This document shows positions 1-11,700 of a DNA stretch of 64,000 bases, piece by piece. Positions within the stretch are counted from its first letter, which is position 1. Each line of letters starts with the position of its first letter. A model generated the notes under the pieces. It did not search any database, had not been told where the DNA came from, and was given only the letters and a program-made list of their open reading frames with translations. Source of the DNA: Candidatus Oxydemutator sp. (lineage in GTDB: Bacteria; Pseudomonadota; Gammaproteobacteria; Poriferisulfidales; Oxydemutatoraceae). The stretch lies in assembly GCA_965203445.1 (NCBI GenBank), contig OZ241883.1, positions 224,001 through 288,000 on the forward strand. Direction: 5' to 3'. Position numbers and translations under genes: made by a program.

Positions 1-2450
1 GCCGAACCCTGCATCGGCGCGTTGATGGCGGTGCGCTCGGCGTAGCGGCGGCGCTGCGGATTTTTCGCGTTGATCTCCGGCACGTAGAGGCGGCGTCCGA
101 AGATCGTCTCGACGTAGCCGCGCGCGCGCGCCTCGTCGCGCGTGTGCTCCATGTAGCGCCGCACGCCCGGATAACGCTCGAAGTACGCGTCCACGTAGTC
201 CTGCGCGGCGCGGCGCGCCAGCCCCAGCTGCTTTGCGAGACCGAAGGCCGACATGCCGTAGATGAGGCCGAAGTTGATCGCCTTGGCGATGCGCCGGCGG
301 TCGGCGCCGACCTGATCCGGCGTCGTCGCAAAGACCTCGGCGGCGGTCGCCGCGTGCACGTCGCCGCCGCGCGCGAACACCTCGAGCAGGGCGGCGTCGC
401 GCGACAGGTGCGCCATGATGCGCATCTCTATCTGCGAGTAGTCGGCGGCTATCAGCCTGCGCCCGGCGGCGGCGATGAACGCCCGGCGGATGCGGCGCCC
501 GCGCGCGGTGCGCACCGGAATATTCTGCAGGTTGGGGTCGGACGACGACAGCCGCCCGGTGGCGGTAACCGCCTGGTGGTAGCAGGTGTGGACGCGCCCG
601 CTGGCGGCGTGCACCATCGTCGGCAGCTTGTCGGTGTAGGTGGATTTGAGCTTGCTGAGCGAGCGAAACTCGAGAATGACGCGCGGCAGTTCGTAGTCGG
701 CGGCGAGCTCGACCAGCACGTCCTCGGCCGTGGACGGCTGGCCCTTGGGCGTCTTCCTGATCATCGGCAGGCCGGCCTCGTCGAACAACACCTCCTGTAT
801 CTGCTTCGGCGAATCCACGTTGAACTCGCGCCCCGCCAGCTCGAACGCGCGCCGCGAGACGCGCGCCGCGTCGGCGCCCAATTCAGCGCTCAGGCGCACC
901 AGCAGTTCGCGGTCTATCAGCACGCCCCGACGCTCGACGTCGGCCAGCACCGGCAACAGCGGCATCTCGATCTCGCGATAGACCGAGGCCGGCGCGCCCT
1001 GCTTTTCAAGGAGCGGTTGCAGATGCCGGTGCAGGCGCATGCTCAGGCCGGCGCCCGCGGCCGCGTAGTCGCAGGCGCTCTTGAGCGCGACGCGCTTGAA
1101 CGACTTTTGTCTCGCGCCCTTGCCGGCGACGTCCTCGTAGCGCGGCGCGCGCACGCCCAGGTAGTGCTCGCCCAGGCCGGCCACGTCGTGGCGCGCCGCG
1201 ACCGAGTTATAGACGTACGACTCGAGCATGGCGTCGTCGCGGATGCCGCGCAGCCGGATGCCGTGGTTTTCGAGCACTTGGCGCGCGTATTTCAGGTCGT
1301 GGCCGATCTTGGCCGGCGTCTTCGCCTCGAGCAACGGGCGCAGCCGCTCGAGCACGCGCGCGCGCGGCAGCTGCGCCGGCGCGCCGTCGTAGTCGTGCGC
1401 CAACGGCACGTACGCCGCCTGCTCCCCGGCGAGCGCGAACGCCACGCCGACGATCTCGGCGCGCATGTAATCGGCGCCCGAGGCGTGCACCGCGAACGCG
1501 AAACAATCGCAGGCGGCGAGCCTTTCGAGCCATTGCCGCAGCGATGCCTCGCTCAGCACGAGCCGGTAGTCGCAGCGCGCGGCGGCGGCGGCGGGCGCCG
1601 CGGCCGTCGGCAGTTGCCTGAGCCAGGACGCAAAGCCGTGCTCCTCGAACAGCGCGCGCAACGCGGCGACGTCCGGCGCGCGCGGCCGTAGCGTATCGAA
1701 CGCGACCTCGAGCGCGAGGTCGCGGCGGATCGTCGTAAGCGTGCGGTACAGCGGCAACGCCTCGGCCGCGGCGCGCAGGTTTTCGCCGGCCTTGCCCTGG
1801 ATCTTCGCGGCGTTTGCGATGACGCCGTCCAGATCGCCGTACTCGGCGAGCCATCTGGCCGCGGTCTTAGGACCGACGCCGGGCACCCCCGGAATATTGT
1901 CGGACTTGTCGCCGCTCAGCGCCAGGAAGTCGGCGACGCGCTCCGGGGCGACGCCGAACTTGTCGCGCACCCTGGCGGCGTCGAGGCTCTCGCCCTTCAT
2001 CGTGTCGACCATGGTCACGCCGTCGCCGAGCAGCTGCGTCATGTCCTTGTCGCAGGTCGAGATGACGACCGCGCAGCCGCGCCGCACGCCGTCGCGCGCG
2101 AGCGTGCCGATGACGTCGTCGGCCTCGACGCCCGCCACCTGCAACAGCGGGTAGCCGGACGCCTCGATGATGCGAAACAGGGCCTGCACCTGCGCCTTCA
2201 GATCCTCCGGCGTAGGCGGGCGGTGCGCCTTGTAATCGGGAAACATTTCGTGGCGAAAGGTGCCGCCGCGCGCGTCGAAGACCACCGCCAGCCGCTGCGG
2301 CGCCTGCTGCCTGATCAACGCGCGCAGCATGTTGACGACGCCGTACACGGCCCCGGTCGGGCGCCCGTCGGGCGAACGCAACTCCGGCAGCGCGTTGTAG
2401 GCGCGGTGCAGATAGGAGGAACCGTCCACGAGAACGAGCTTTTCAGCCAT
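1..2450 (-). CDS. polA: DNA polymerase I (3' end runs off the window)
   Basis: Manual minus-strand translation: N-terminus MAEKLVLVDGSSYLHRAYNALPELRSPDGRPTGAVYG (5'-3' exonuclease) and RYAERTAINAPMQGSA at the window edge. Alternative ATG at 2456. Confidence 0.97.
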   Translation of the reverse strand, partial: MAEKLVLVDGSSYLHRAYNALPELRSPDGRPTGAVYGVVNMLRALIRQQAPQRLAVVFDARGGTFRHEMFPDYKAHRPPTPEDLKAQVQALFRIIEASGYPLLQVAGVEADDVIGTLARDGVRRGCAVVISTCDKDMTQLLGDGVTMVDTMKGESLDAARVRDKFGVAPERVADFLALSGDKSDNIPGVPGVGPKTAARWLAEYGDLDGVIANAAKIQGKAGENLRAAAEALPLYRTLTTIRRDLALEVAFDTLRPRAPDVAALRALFEEHGFASWLRQLPTAAAPAAAAARCDYRLVLSEASLRQWLERLAACDCFAFAVHASGADYMRAEIVGVAFALAGEQAAYVPLAHDYDGAPAQLPRARVLERLRPLLEAKTPAKIGHDLKYARQVLENHGIRLRGIRDDAMLESYVYNSVAARHDVAGLGEHYLGVRAPRYEDVAGKGARQKSFKRVALKSACDYAAAGAGLSMRLHRHLQPLLEKQGAPASVYREIEMPLLPVLADVERRGVLIDRELLVRLSAELGADAARVSRRAFELAGREFNVDSPKQIQEVLFDEAGLPMIRKTPKGQPSTAEDVLVELAADYELPRVILEFRSLSKLKSTYTDKLPTMVHAASGRVHTCYHQAVTATGRLSSSDPNLQNIPVRTARGRRIRRAFIAAAGRRLIAADYSQIEMRIMAHLSRDAALLEVFARGGDVHAATAAEVFATTPDQVGADRRRIAKAINFGLIYGMSAFGLAKQLGLARRAAQDYVDAYFERYPGVRRYMEHTRDEARARGYVETIFGRRLYVPEINAKNPQRRRYAERTAINAPMQGS

Positions 2451-2550
2451 CGGCATAGAATAACGTATCGGCGGCAACGCCGGCGGCGACCCGGTCGAAG
2501 AAATCAGGCGGCGACGCCGACACCGACGAAAAAAGTGGGGAATTGTGTGA

Positions 2551-2578
2551 CTGGGTTCCCGCTTTCGCGGGATGACGG
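2551..2578. repeat. Short palindromic REP/dRS3-like element
   Basis: CTGGGTTCCCGCTTTCGCGGGATGACGG forms a hairpin (TCCCGC...GCGGGA) resembling the widespread TTCCCGC-N-GCGGGAATGAC intergenic repeats. Confidence 0.5.
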
Positions 2579-2745
2579 AGCGGCGGCTGCGCGTTTTGTC
2601 TTCAGCGCCGCGCCGGGGCGGGCGCGAGTTTCGTATTTATCGCTTGAAGTTGCTGATTTGGCAATGAAATATTCCCGACGAACGGTATCGTTTCAGCACG
2701 TGCAGCGGCGCCCCCACCGGAAAGGGGCACGGCCGAACTACCCGC

Positions 2746-5700
2746 TCAGGGCTGGCGGACGGCGCAGATCGCGCAGGCGGGGGCCGCGCTGCCGTTGGTA
2801 TTCAGAATAATGTAGTAACGGTCCGCCGAGAGCACCTCGCCGTCAAAATCCAGATCAGCGTTCATGCCGTAGCCGCCGGCGCCGATGATCGCCAGATTGC
2901 GCGTACGGATCACGGCTTCGTCGTCAGCGTCTATGTCGTTGTCGCGGTCCACGTCGCCTGCGAACATCGCATAGCGGCCGCCGGCCAGCACCGCCTGCCG
3001 GCTCGGATGCGATTGCCGGCTCCTGAAGTCAAAGCAGTAATCGGCGCCGGCGCAGCCCGTGCTGGTGGCGGTCGCCATCACCGACAGGTGGTTGCGGTGG
3101 TGCACCAGCACCCACAAGTCCTCGCTGGCGTCGTCTATGTCGAGCGTAAAGTCCACGCCCTCGGTGCGCAGCCGGTCGCCGTCAACGCCGGCGACGGTGC
3201 CGTCGCTCAGCAGCAGCGCCGCGGCGCGCGCCTGCGAGACGGTGGCGGAGGCGGCCCGCGCGCCCCGCGCCGTCTTGCGCAACTCCACCAGCACCCAATC
3301 CACGACCGTGTCGGTCACCGCGGCCAGGCCGAAATCACCGGCGCTCAATCCGGGCGCGGTAACCGACGGCGCGTTCCACGGCGCCGCCCCGTAAGGCTGG
3401 CTCGCCGGCAGGCGGCGTATCAGATCGGTGCTCATGCGCCCGCCGTCATACGCGCCCTGCAAAAACACCCCGACCTGCACCGTGTACTGCGACGCGCGCA
3501 TTATCTCCACGGTGTAAGTCCTGAAATATTCCGTCCCGCGCACCGTGCGGGTCACGGTTATCGTCGCGCGCGTCGTCTCGCCGGGGGTCAAATCCTGCGT
3601 TTCGCGGTCAAACCTCGCGCCATGGGTCCGTGTTACGTCGGAGACGGTGACCTCGGCGCTTCCCCGCGGCGTCCCGCTCACGGTCACCCGCGCCACGTCC
3701 GGCGACACTTCAACCGTGTAGTCGAGCGTAAGACCGTCGAAAGCGGGCGTCAGCGTGCCCGCCGACAGCGACAACGATTCCAGGCCGACCGTCAGATCGT
3801 CGCGCGCAACCCCCACCGTGTAGCCCCTTGTCGTTACCCCGTCCTGCGCCGTCACCACAAAGGTGACGCTGGTTACCGCGCCGCGCACAAGAGTAAGACT
3901 ATGGCTCGCGCCACGCCCCAACGTTGCGTCGTCCACCGTAATCGTGGCGTTGCCGTCGTTGGCCACCGGCGTCACTTCCACACGGGCCACGGTATCGGTT
4001 ACGCTCGCGCGATAGGCGAAGGTCGCGCTGTTGAAGGCCGGCTCCAATACGACACCGCCCGACAGCGCCAGGCTCGACAGGGTCGCATCCGACGACCCAG
4101 CCCGCGTCACCGTGATGACGTAGGCTTTCCTCGTAGTCCCGTCCTGCGCCGTTACCGTCGCCGTGACCGCGTTCGCACCGACCTCGAGTTCCACCGTCTC
4201 GCCCGGCTCGATCTCCACTTGAGCACCGGCGTGGCTCGCGGTCGCCGCAACCATCACGCTGCTGACCTCTGCGCCGACGCTCGCGCTATAGGCGGTGACC
4301 GCGCTGCTGAAGGTCGGATCCAATACGACGCCGTCCGACAGCGCCAGGGCCGACAAATTCGCATCCGACGACGCCGCGCGCGTCACCGTGATGACGTAGG
4401 CTTTCCTCGTAGTCCCGTCCTGCGCCGTTACCGTCGCCGTGACCGCGTTCGCACCGACACTGAGTTCCACCAACTCGCCCGGCTCGATCTCCACTTGAGC
4501 ACCGGCGTGGCTCGCGGTCGCCGCAACCATCACGCTGCTGACCTCCGCGCCGACGTTCGCGCTATAGGCGGTGACCGCGCTGCTGAAGGTCGGATCCAAT
4601 ACAATGCCGTCCGACAGCGCCAGGGCCGACAGATTCGCATCCGACGACGCCGCGCGCGTCACCGTGATCACGTAGGCTTTCCTCGTCATCCCGTCCTCGG
4701 CCGTTACCGTCGCCGTGACCGCGTTCGCACCGACCTCGAGTTCCACCGTCTCGCCCGGTTCGATCTCGACCTGAGCACCGGCGTGGCTCGCGGTCGCCGC
4801 AACCATCACGCTGCTGACCTCCGCGCCGACGTTCGCGCTATAGGCGGTGACCGCGCTGCTGAAGGTCGGATCCAATACAATGCCGCCCGACAGCGCCAAA
4901 TCCGACAGATTCGCATCCGACGACGCCGCGCGCGTCACCGTGATCACGTAGGCTTTCCTCGTAGTCCCGTCCTGCGCCGTTACCGTCGCCGTGACCGCGT
5001 TCGCACCGACACTGAGTTCCACCAACTCGCCCGGTTCGATCTCCACTTGAGCACCGGCGTGGCTCGCGGTCGCCGCTACCATCAGACTGCTCACCTCTGC
5101 ACCGACGCTCGCGCTGTAGGCGGTGACCGCGCTGCTGAAGGCCGGATCCAATACAACGCCGCCCGACAGCGCCAGGGCCGACAAATTCGCATCCGACGAC
5201 GCCGCGCGCGTCACCGTGATCACGTAGGCTTTCCTCGTAGTCCCGTCCTCGGCCGTTACCGTCGCCGTGACCGCGTTCTCGCCAACACTGAGTTCCACCA
5301 ACTCGCCCGGCTCGATCTCCACCGAAGCACCGGCGTGGCTCGCGGTCGCCGCAACCATCAGACTGCTGACCTCCGCGCCGACGCTCGCGCTATAGGCGGT
5401 GACCGCGCTGCTGAAGGCCGGATCCAATACAATGCCGTCCGACAGCGCCAAATCCGACAGATTCGCATCCGACGACGCCGCGCGCGTCACCGTGATCACG
5501 TAGGCTTTCCTCGTAGTCCCGTCCTGCGCCGTTACCGTCGCCGTGACCGCGTTCGCACCGACCTCGAGTTCCACCAACTCGCCCGGCTCGATCTCCACCG
5601 AAGCACCGGCGTGGCTGGCGGTCGCCGCAACCATCAGACTGCTGACCTCCGCGCCGACGCTCGCGCTATAAGTGGTGGTCACACTGCTGAAGGCCGGCTC

Positions 5701-8700
5701 CAATACAACCCCGCCCGACAGCGCCAGGGCCGACAAATTCGCATCCGACGACGCCGCGTCGCGCGTTATCTCCACGGTGTAGGTCCTCGAATATTCCGTC
5801 TCGCCCACCGTGCGGGTCACCGTTATCGTCGTGCGCGTCGTCTCGCCGGGGGTCAAATTCTGCGTTTCGTCGGCAAAACTCTCGTTGTCATAGGTGCGTT
5901 TTACGCTGGAGGCGGTGACCTCCGCCCTGCCCCTCGGCGTTCCGCTCACGGTTACCCGCGTTACCTCATATGGCACCTCGACCGTGTAACCAAGCGTCTG
6001 GCCGTCAAACTCAGGCACCAGCGTCCCCGGTGTAACCGACAACGATTCCAGCCCGACCGTCAGATCGTCGCGCGTAACCACCACCGTGTAGCCGTTCGTC
6101 GTAACCCCGTCCGGCGCCGTTACCACGATGGCGACGGTGGCGCTCAGGCCGCGCCCTATGGAGATGCTGCGGCCCGCGCCTCCGGCTACCGCCACCCCGT
6201 CAATCTCGACCGTGGCGTCGCCATCGTTGGCCATCGGCGTCACTTCCACGCTGGCCACGGTATCGGTTACGCTCGCGCTATAGACGAAGGTCGCGCTGCT
6301 GAAGGCCGGATCCAATACGCCACCACCCGACAGCGCCAGGGCCGACAGGGTCGCATCCGACGACAACACCGCCGATCTGTCCACGACGATCCGATACGCC
6401 TGCGTGGTTTCGTCCTCGGCCGTTACCGTGACCCCGATGGTGGTAACCCCGCCTTCCACAAGACTCACCTGGTGGCCGGGAACGTCATCGTCGGCGTCCG
6501 CCGGGGTGATGGCCACCGTCGCGCGCGCGTCTATGGACACCGCCGTCACCGTTACCACGCCCACCGCCGGCTGCACCCGTATGGCGTGCTCGGTTACGCC
6601 GCCGGCAAGATCGAACATCCGGCTCACGCCGACACCCGAAACCCCCAACTCGCTCAAACCCGCCTCCGACGACGCCGCGCGTGTCACCGTGATGACGTAG
6701 GCTTGCCTCGTAGTCCCGTCCTGCGCCGTTACCGTCGCCGTGACCGCGTTCTCGCCGACACTGAGTTCCACCAACTCGCCCGGCTCGATCTCTACCCGGG
6801 CACTGGCGTGGCTGGCGGTCGCCGCAACCATCACGCTGCTGACCTCCTCGCCGACGTTCGCGCTATAGGCGGTAACCGCGCTGCTGAAGGCCGGATCCAA
6901 TACAACGCCGCCCGACAGCGCCAGGGCCGACAGGTTCGCATTCGACGAAACCGCCCGGATAATATTCACGACGTAGGTGTTACTCGTACCGTCGCTCCCC
7001 GTAACCACAACCTCGACTCTGTTGGAACCGTGCGCCAAACCGTCGGGCAGACCGACGATCGTCGTCGCCTCGGCGGTCGCCGTCGTCGAACCGTCGCCCA
7101 CCGGATCGATTATCCGTATCGTCGTGTCTCTGGCTATGGCCGTCGCCCCGACCCGCACGCTGGCCACCGTCTCGGCGACGTTCAACGTGTAGTCGGCCCG
7201 CGTGGCGCGGAATCTCAAGAGGCCTACGGAAACCCTCAAGCCCGAAAGACGCGCGCGGCTCTTCGACACCGCGACGGTGTACGCTTTCATGGTGCCGTCC
7301 TGGGCCGTTACCGTAACCGTCAGCGTCGTCACACCGACTGGCAGCAGCGATATTTCCGCCCCGCTCCCCGCGGCGTTACGCACGTTCACCCACGAATAGT
7401 CCAGCGTCGCCGCAGAATCGGCGGGCGCCGCAAACACCGTAACCTCGTCCACCGAAAGCGGCTCGACGATCAACCTGTAGGACAACGTGTCCGCGTCGAA
7501 CTCGCCTATCGCAAACTCCCCTACCTCGGTCGCGGACACGCGCAAACTCCGCAAATCGGCGTTCGACGGCAACGGCCTGTCCAGCGTGATCCGGTAGGCC
7601 CGTCTTGTGGCGCCGTCCTCGGCCGTTACCGCGATATTGACCTCGGTTTCTTCGCCCGCGGTAAGACTCACTTGGTGGCCGGGAACGGCACCGTCGGCGT
7701 CGTCGGGCGTTATCGTCACGTCGGCACCACCGTGGCGGGCCACCGCGGTAACCGTCACAACGGCCGCCGCGGGCGCTGCCGTGATGGTGTGCCGGGTCAC
7801 GCCGCCGGCAAGCTCAAATAGCCGAACCACACCGTCTCCCGAAGAAATACCCAACTCGCTCAACTCCGCGTCCGACGACACCGATCGCGTTACCGTAATG
7901 ACGTAGGCTTTGCTCGTAACCCCGTTCTGTGCCGTCACCGTGGCCGTGATGACGTTCGCGCCGGGCGCAAGCTCCACCATCTCGCTCGGCTCGATACGCA
8001 CCGTGGCATTGACGTCCCTGGCAGTCGCCACCACCGCTATACGAAACACCGAGACGCCCACCGTGGCGGTGTAGCTTGTGCGGGTGGAGTAGAAAGACTC
8101 CGACAGAGAACCCGGCGATATGCCCAACGCCGACAGGTCGGCGTCGGACGACGGTTCTGCCCGAATTATATCCACGTAGTAGCTTCCGATAGTAGAACGA
8201 TCAACATCATGATTGGTGTTCCCCACGGCTATTCGCACGCTCGTCGTCCCCACCGGCAAATCGCCCACGTCCTGGGTGACGCGGTTCGATCCGGGTGCGA
8301 AGCTACGAGGGCGAGAAAGCAATAAGGTATCTCCTTGATAAAAGCGAATTCCATCGTAGGCTACGCCGCCCTCCGTATCCGGATTGAGCCCCATCGTAAC
8401 CCGCACGCTCGTCACCTGGTTCGGCACACGCACGACGTATCGGTTCTCGCTCCCCAAGCGACCACTGGCAAACGGCGGCACCAAGTGCCCCTGCGACACG
8501 TCCAACGTGGAGAGACGACCAAGAAACCCGAACCCGACGGCAGCGCGCACGACGTTGACGACGTAGGTGTTTCTCGTGCCGTCGCTCCCGGTAAGCGCGA
8601 TCTCCACTCTGTTGGAACCGTGGCGCAAACCGCCGGGCAGACCGATGATCGTCGCCGCCCCGCCGCTCGCCGTTATCGAACCGTCGCCCACAGGATCGGT

Positions 8701-11700
8701 GATCCGGATCAAAGTGTCGGCGGCCACGGCCGTGGCCGTGACCCGCAGGCTGGTCACCGTCTCGACAACGTTCAACGTGTAATTGGCCTGCACGGGGTCG
8801 AAGTTCAAGACGCCCGCGGAAACCATCAAGCCCGCAAGATAGTCGCGCCTCTTCGACATCGTGACGGTGTACGCTTTGTCAGTCCCGTCCATGGCCGTTA
8901 CCGTGATCGTCAGCGTCGTCGCACCGACCCGCGGCAGCGATATTTCGGTGCCGCTCCCCATAACGCCGTTTGTGTCCACCCACGAGAAGTCCAACGTCGC
9001 CCCGACGCCGGCGGCCGTCGCGGACACCGTAACCCGCTCCACGGACGGCAACCCGACGAGCGTACCGTAGGACAACCTGTCCGCGTCAAACTCGCCTATG
9101 TCATACTCCCCTTCCTCGACCGACGACACGCGCAAACTCCGCAAGTCCGCGTTCGATGACCGCAACCTTTCTACCGTGATCTGGTAGGCTTTCCTTGTGA
9201 CGCCGTCCTCGGCCGTAACCATGATATTGACCTCGGTTTCTACGCCCGCCGTAAGATTCACCTGATGGCCGGCAAGGTCGCGGTCGGCATCGGTGGGCGT
9301 TATGGCCACGTCGGCACTACCGTCGCGCACCACCGCGGTAACCGTCACAACGGCCGCCGCAAACGGCACGACGACGGTATGCCGCGTCGTCATGCCGCCG
9401 GCAAGATCAAATAGCCGAACTACACCGACCTCCGAAGAAATACCCAATTCGCTCAACTCCGCGTCCGACGACGCCGCGCGCGTCACCGTGACGACGTAGG
9501 CTTTGCTCGTCATCCCGTCCTGCGCCGTTACCGTCGCCGTGACCACGTGCGCACCGACGCCGAGCTCCACCGTCTCGCCCGGCTCGATCTCCACTTGAGC
9601 ACCGGCGTGGCTGGCGGTCGCCGCAATCATCAGACTGCGCACCTCGGCGCCGACGTTCGCGCTATAGGCGGTGACCGCGCTGCTGAAGGTCGGATCCAAT
9701 ACGACGCCGCCCGACAGCGCCAAAGCCGACAGGTTCGCATCCGACGACGCCACCACGCGCGTTATCTCCACGGTGTAGGTCCTCGAATATTCCGTCCCGC
9801 CCACCGTGCGGGTCACCGTTATCGTCGTGCGCGTCGTCTCGCCGGGGGTCAAATTCTGCGTTTCGTCGGCAAAACTCTCGTTGTCATAGGTGCGTTCTAC
9901 GTCGGAGACGGTGACCTCGGCCCTGTCCCTCGGCGTTCCGTTCACGGTTACCCGCGCCACCTCATACGGCACCTCGACCGTGTAACCAAGCGTCTGGCCG
10001 TCAAACTCAGGCACCAGCGTCCCCGGTGTAACCGACAGCGACTCCAGCCCGACCGTCAGATCGTCGCGCGTAATCACCACCGTGTAGCCCTTCGTCGTAA
10101 CCCCGTCCGGCGCCGTTACCACGATCGCGACGGTGACGCTCAGGCCGCGCCCTATGGAAATGCTGCGGCCCGCACCTCTGGCTACCGCCATCCCGTCAAT
10201 CTCGACCGTGGCGTCGCCGGCGTTGGCCATCGGCGTCACTACCACGCTGGCCACGGTATCGGTTGTGTTCGCGCTATAGGCGAGGGTCGCGCTGCTGAAG
10301 GCCGGATCCAATACGGCACCGTCCGACAGCGCCAAAGCCGACAGGTTCGCATCCGACGACGCAAGCCGCGTCACCGTGACGACGTAGGCTTTGCTCGTAA
10401 CCCCGTCCTGCGCCGTTACCGTCGCCGTGACCACGTTCTCGCCGACACTGAGTTCCACCGTCTCGCCCGGCTCGATCTCTACCGAAGCACCGGCGTGGCT
10501 GGCGGTCGCCGCAATCATCAGACTGCTCACCTCCTCGACGACGTTCGCGCTATAGGCGGTGACCGCGCTGCTGAAGGCCGGCTCCAATACAACGCCGCCC
10601 GACAGCGCCAAAGCCGACAGGTTCGCATCCGACGACGGCGCCACGCGCGTTATCTCCACGGTATAGGTCCTGGAATATTCCGTCTCGCCCACGTCGCGGG
10701 TCACCGTTATCGTCGTGCGCGTTGTCTCCCCGGGGGTCAAATTCTGCGTTCCGTCGGCAAAACTCTCGTTGTCATAGGTGCGTTCCACGTCGGAGACGGT
10801 GACCTCGGCCCTGCCCCTCGGCGCCCCGCTCACGGTTACCTGCGTTACCTCATACGGCACCTCGACCGTGTAACCAAGCGTCTGGCCGTCAAACTCAGGC
10901 ACCAGCGTCCCCGGTGTAACCGACAACGATTCCAGCCCGACCGTCAGATCGTCGCGCGTAACCACCACCGTGTAGCCGTTCGTCGTAACCCCGTCCGACG
11001 CCGTTACCTCGATCGCGACGGTGACGCTCAGGCCGCGCCCTATGGAGATGCTGCGGCCAGCACCTCTGGCTACCGCCACCCCGTCAATCTCGACCGTGGC
11101 GTCGCCGTCGTCGGCCATCGGCGTCACTACCACGCTGGCCACGGTATCGGTTACGTTCACACGATAGACGAGGGTCGTGCTGCTGAAAGCCGGCTCCAGT
11201 TCCCCGGGCGATACGCCCAGCGCCGACAGACTGGCGGCGGGCGAACCGGCCCGGATTACGTCCACGTAGTAGTTCCTCTGAAAGCCACCAACGTCATTGT
11301 CTATTCGCAGGCTTCTCGTGGCCCCCGCTCGCAGAGTAACATCCTGGTTGTATTCTCTGGTGCTGCCCGTACCATGGCCGCCCAAGAGGGCATTGCCTCC
11401 TCCTGTAACGTCATAATAATAAAGCTGGCTATAGTTCCTGGCAGTGCGCTGATCCTGCACGGTCATGAACCGGATGCTCGTCACGCGGTGCGGCACGCGC
11501 ACGGTGTACAGGTTCCCGGCCCCATGCCGGTCGGTGGCGAACGGCGGCGTCAGCGTGCCCTCCGACACGCGCATCGTGGCGATATATCTCGAGGGACTCG
11601 CGCGCCCGCGCGTGACGTTGACGGTGTAGGCTTGTTGTGTGCCGTCGCTTCCCGTCGCCACGATTCCCACTGCGTTGGCGCCCAAACGCAAACCGTCGGG

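Noticed and set aside
144-2810. ORF-track calls over the first 2.8 kb
   Set aside because: They overlap polA, which the track omits because it runs off the window.
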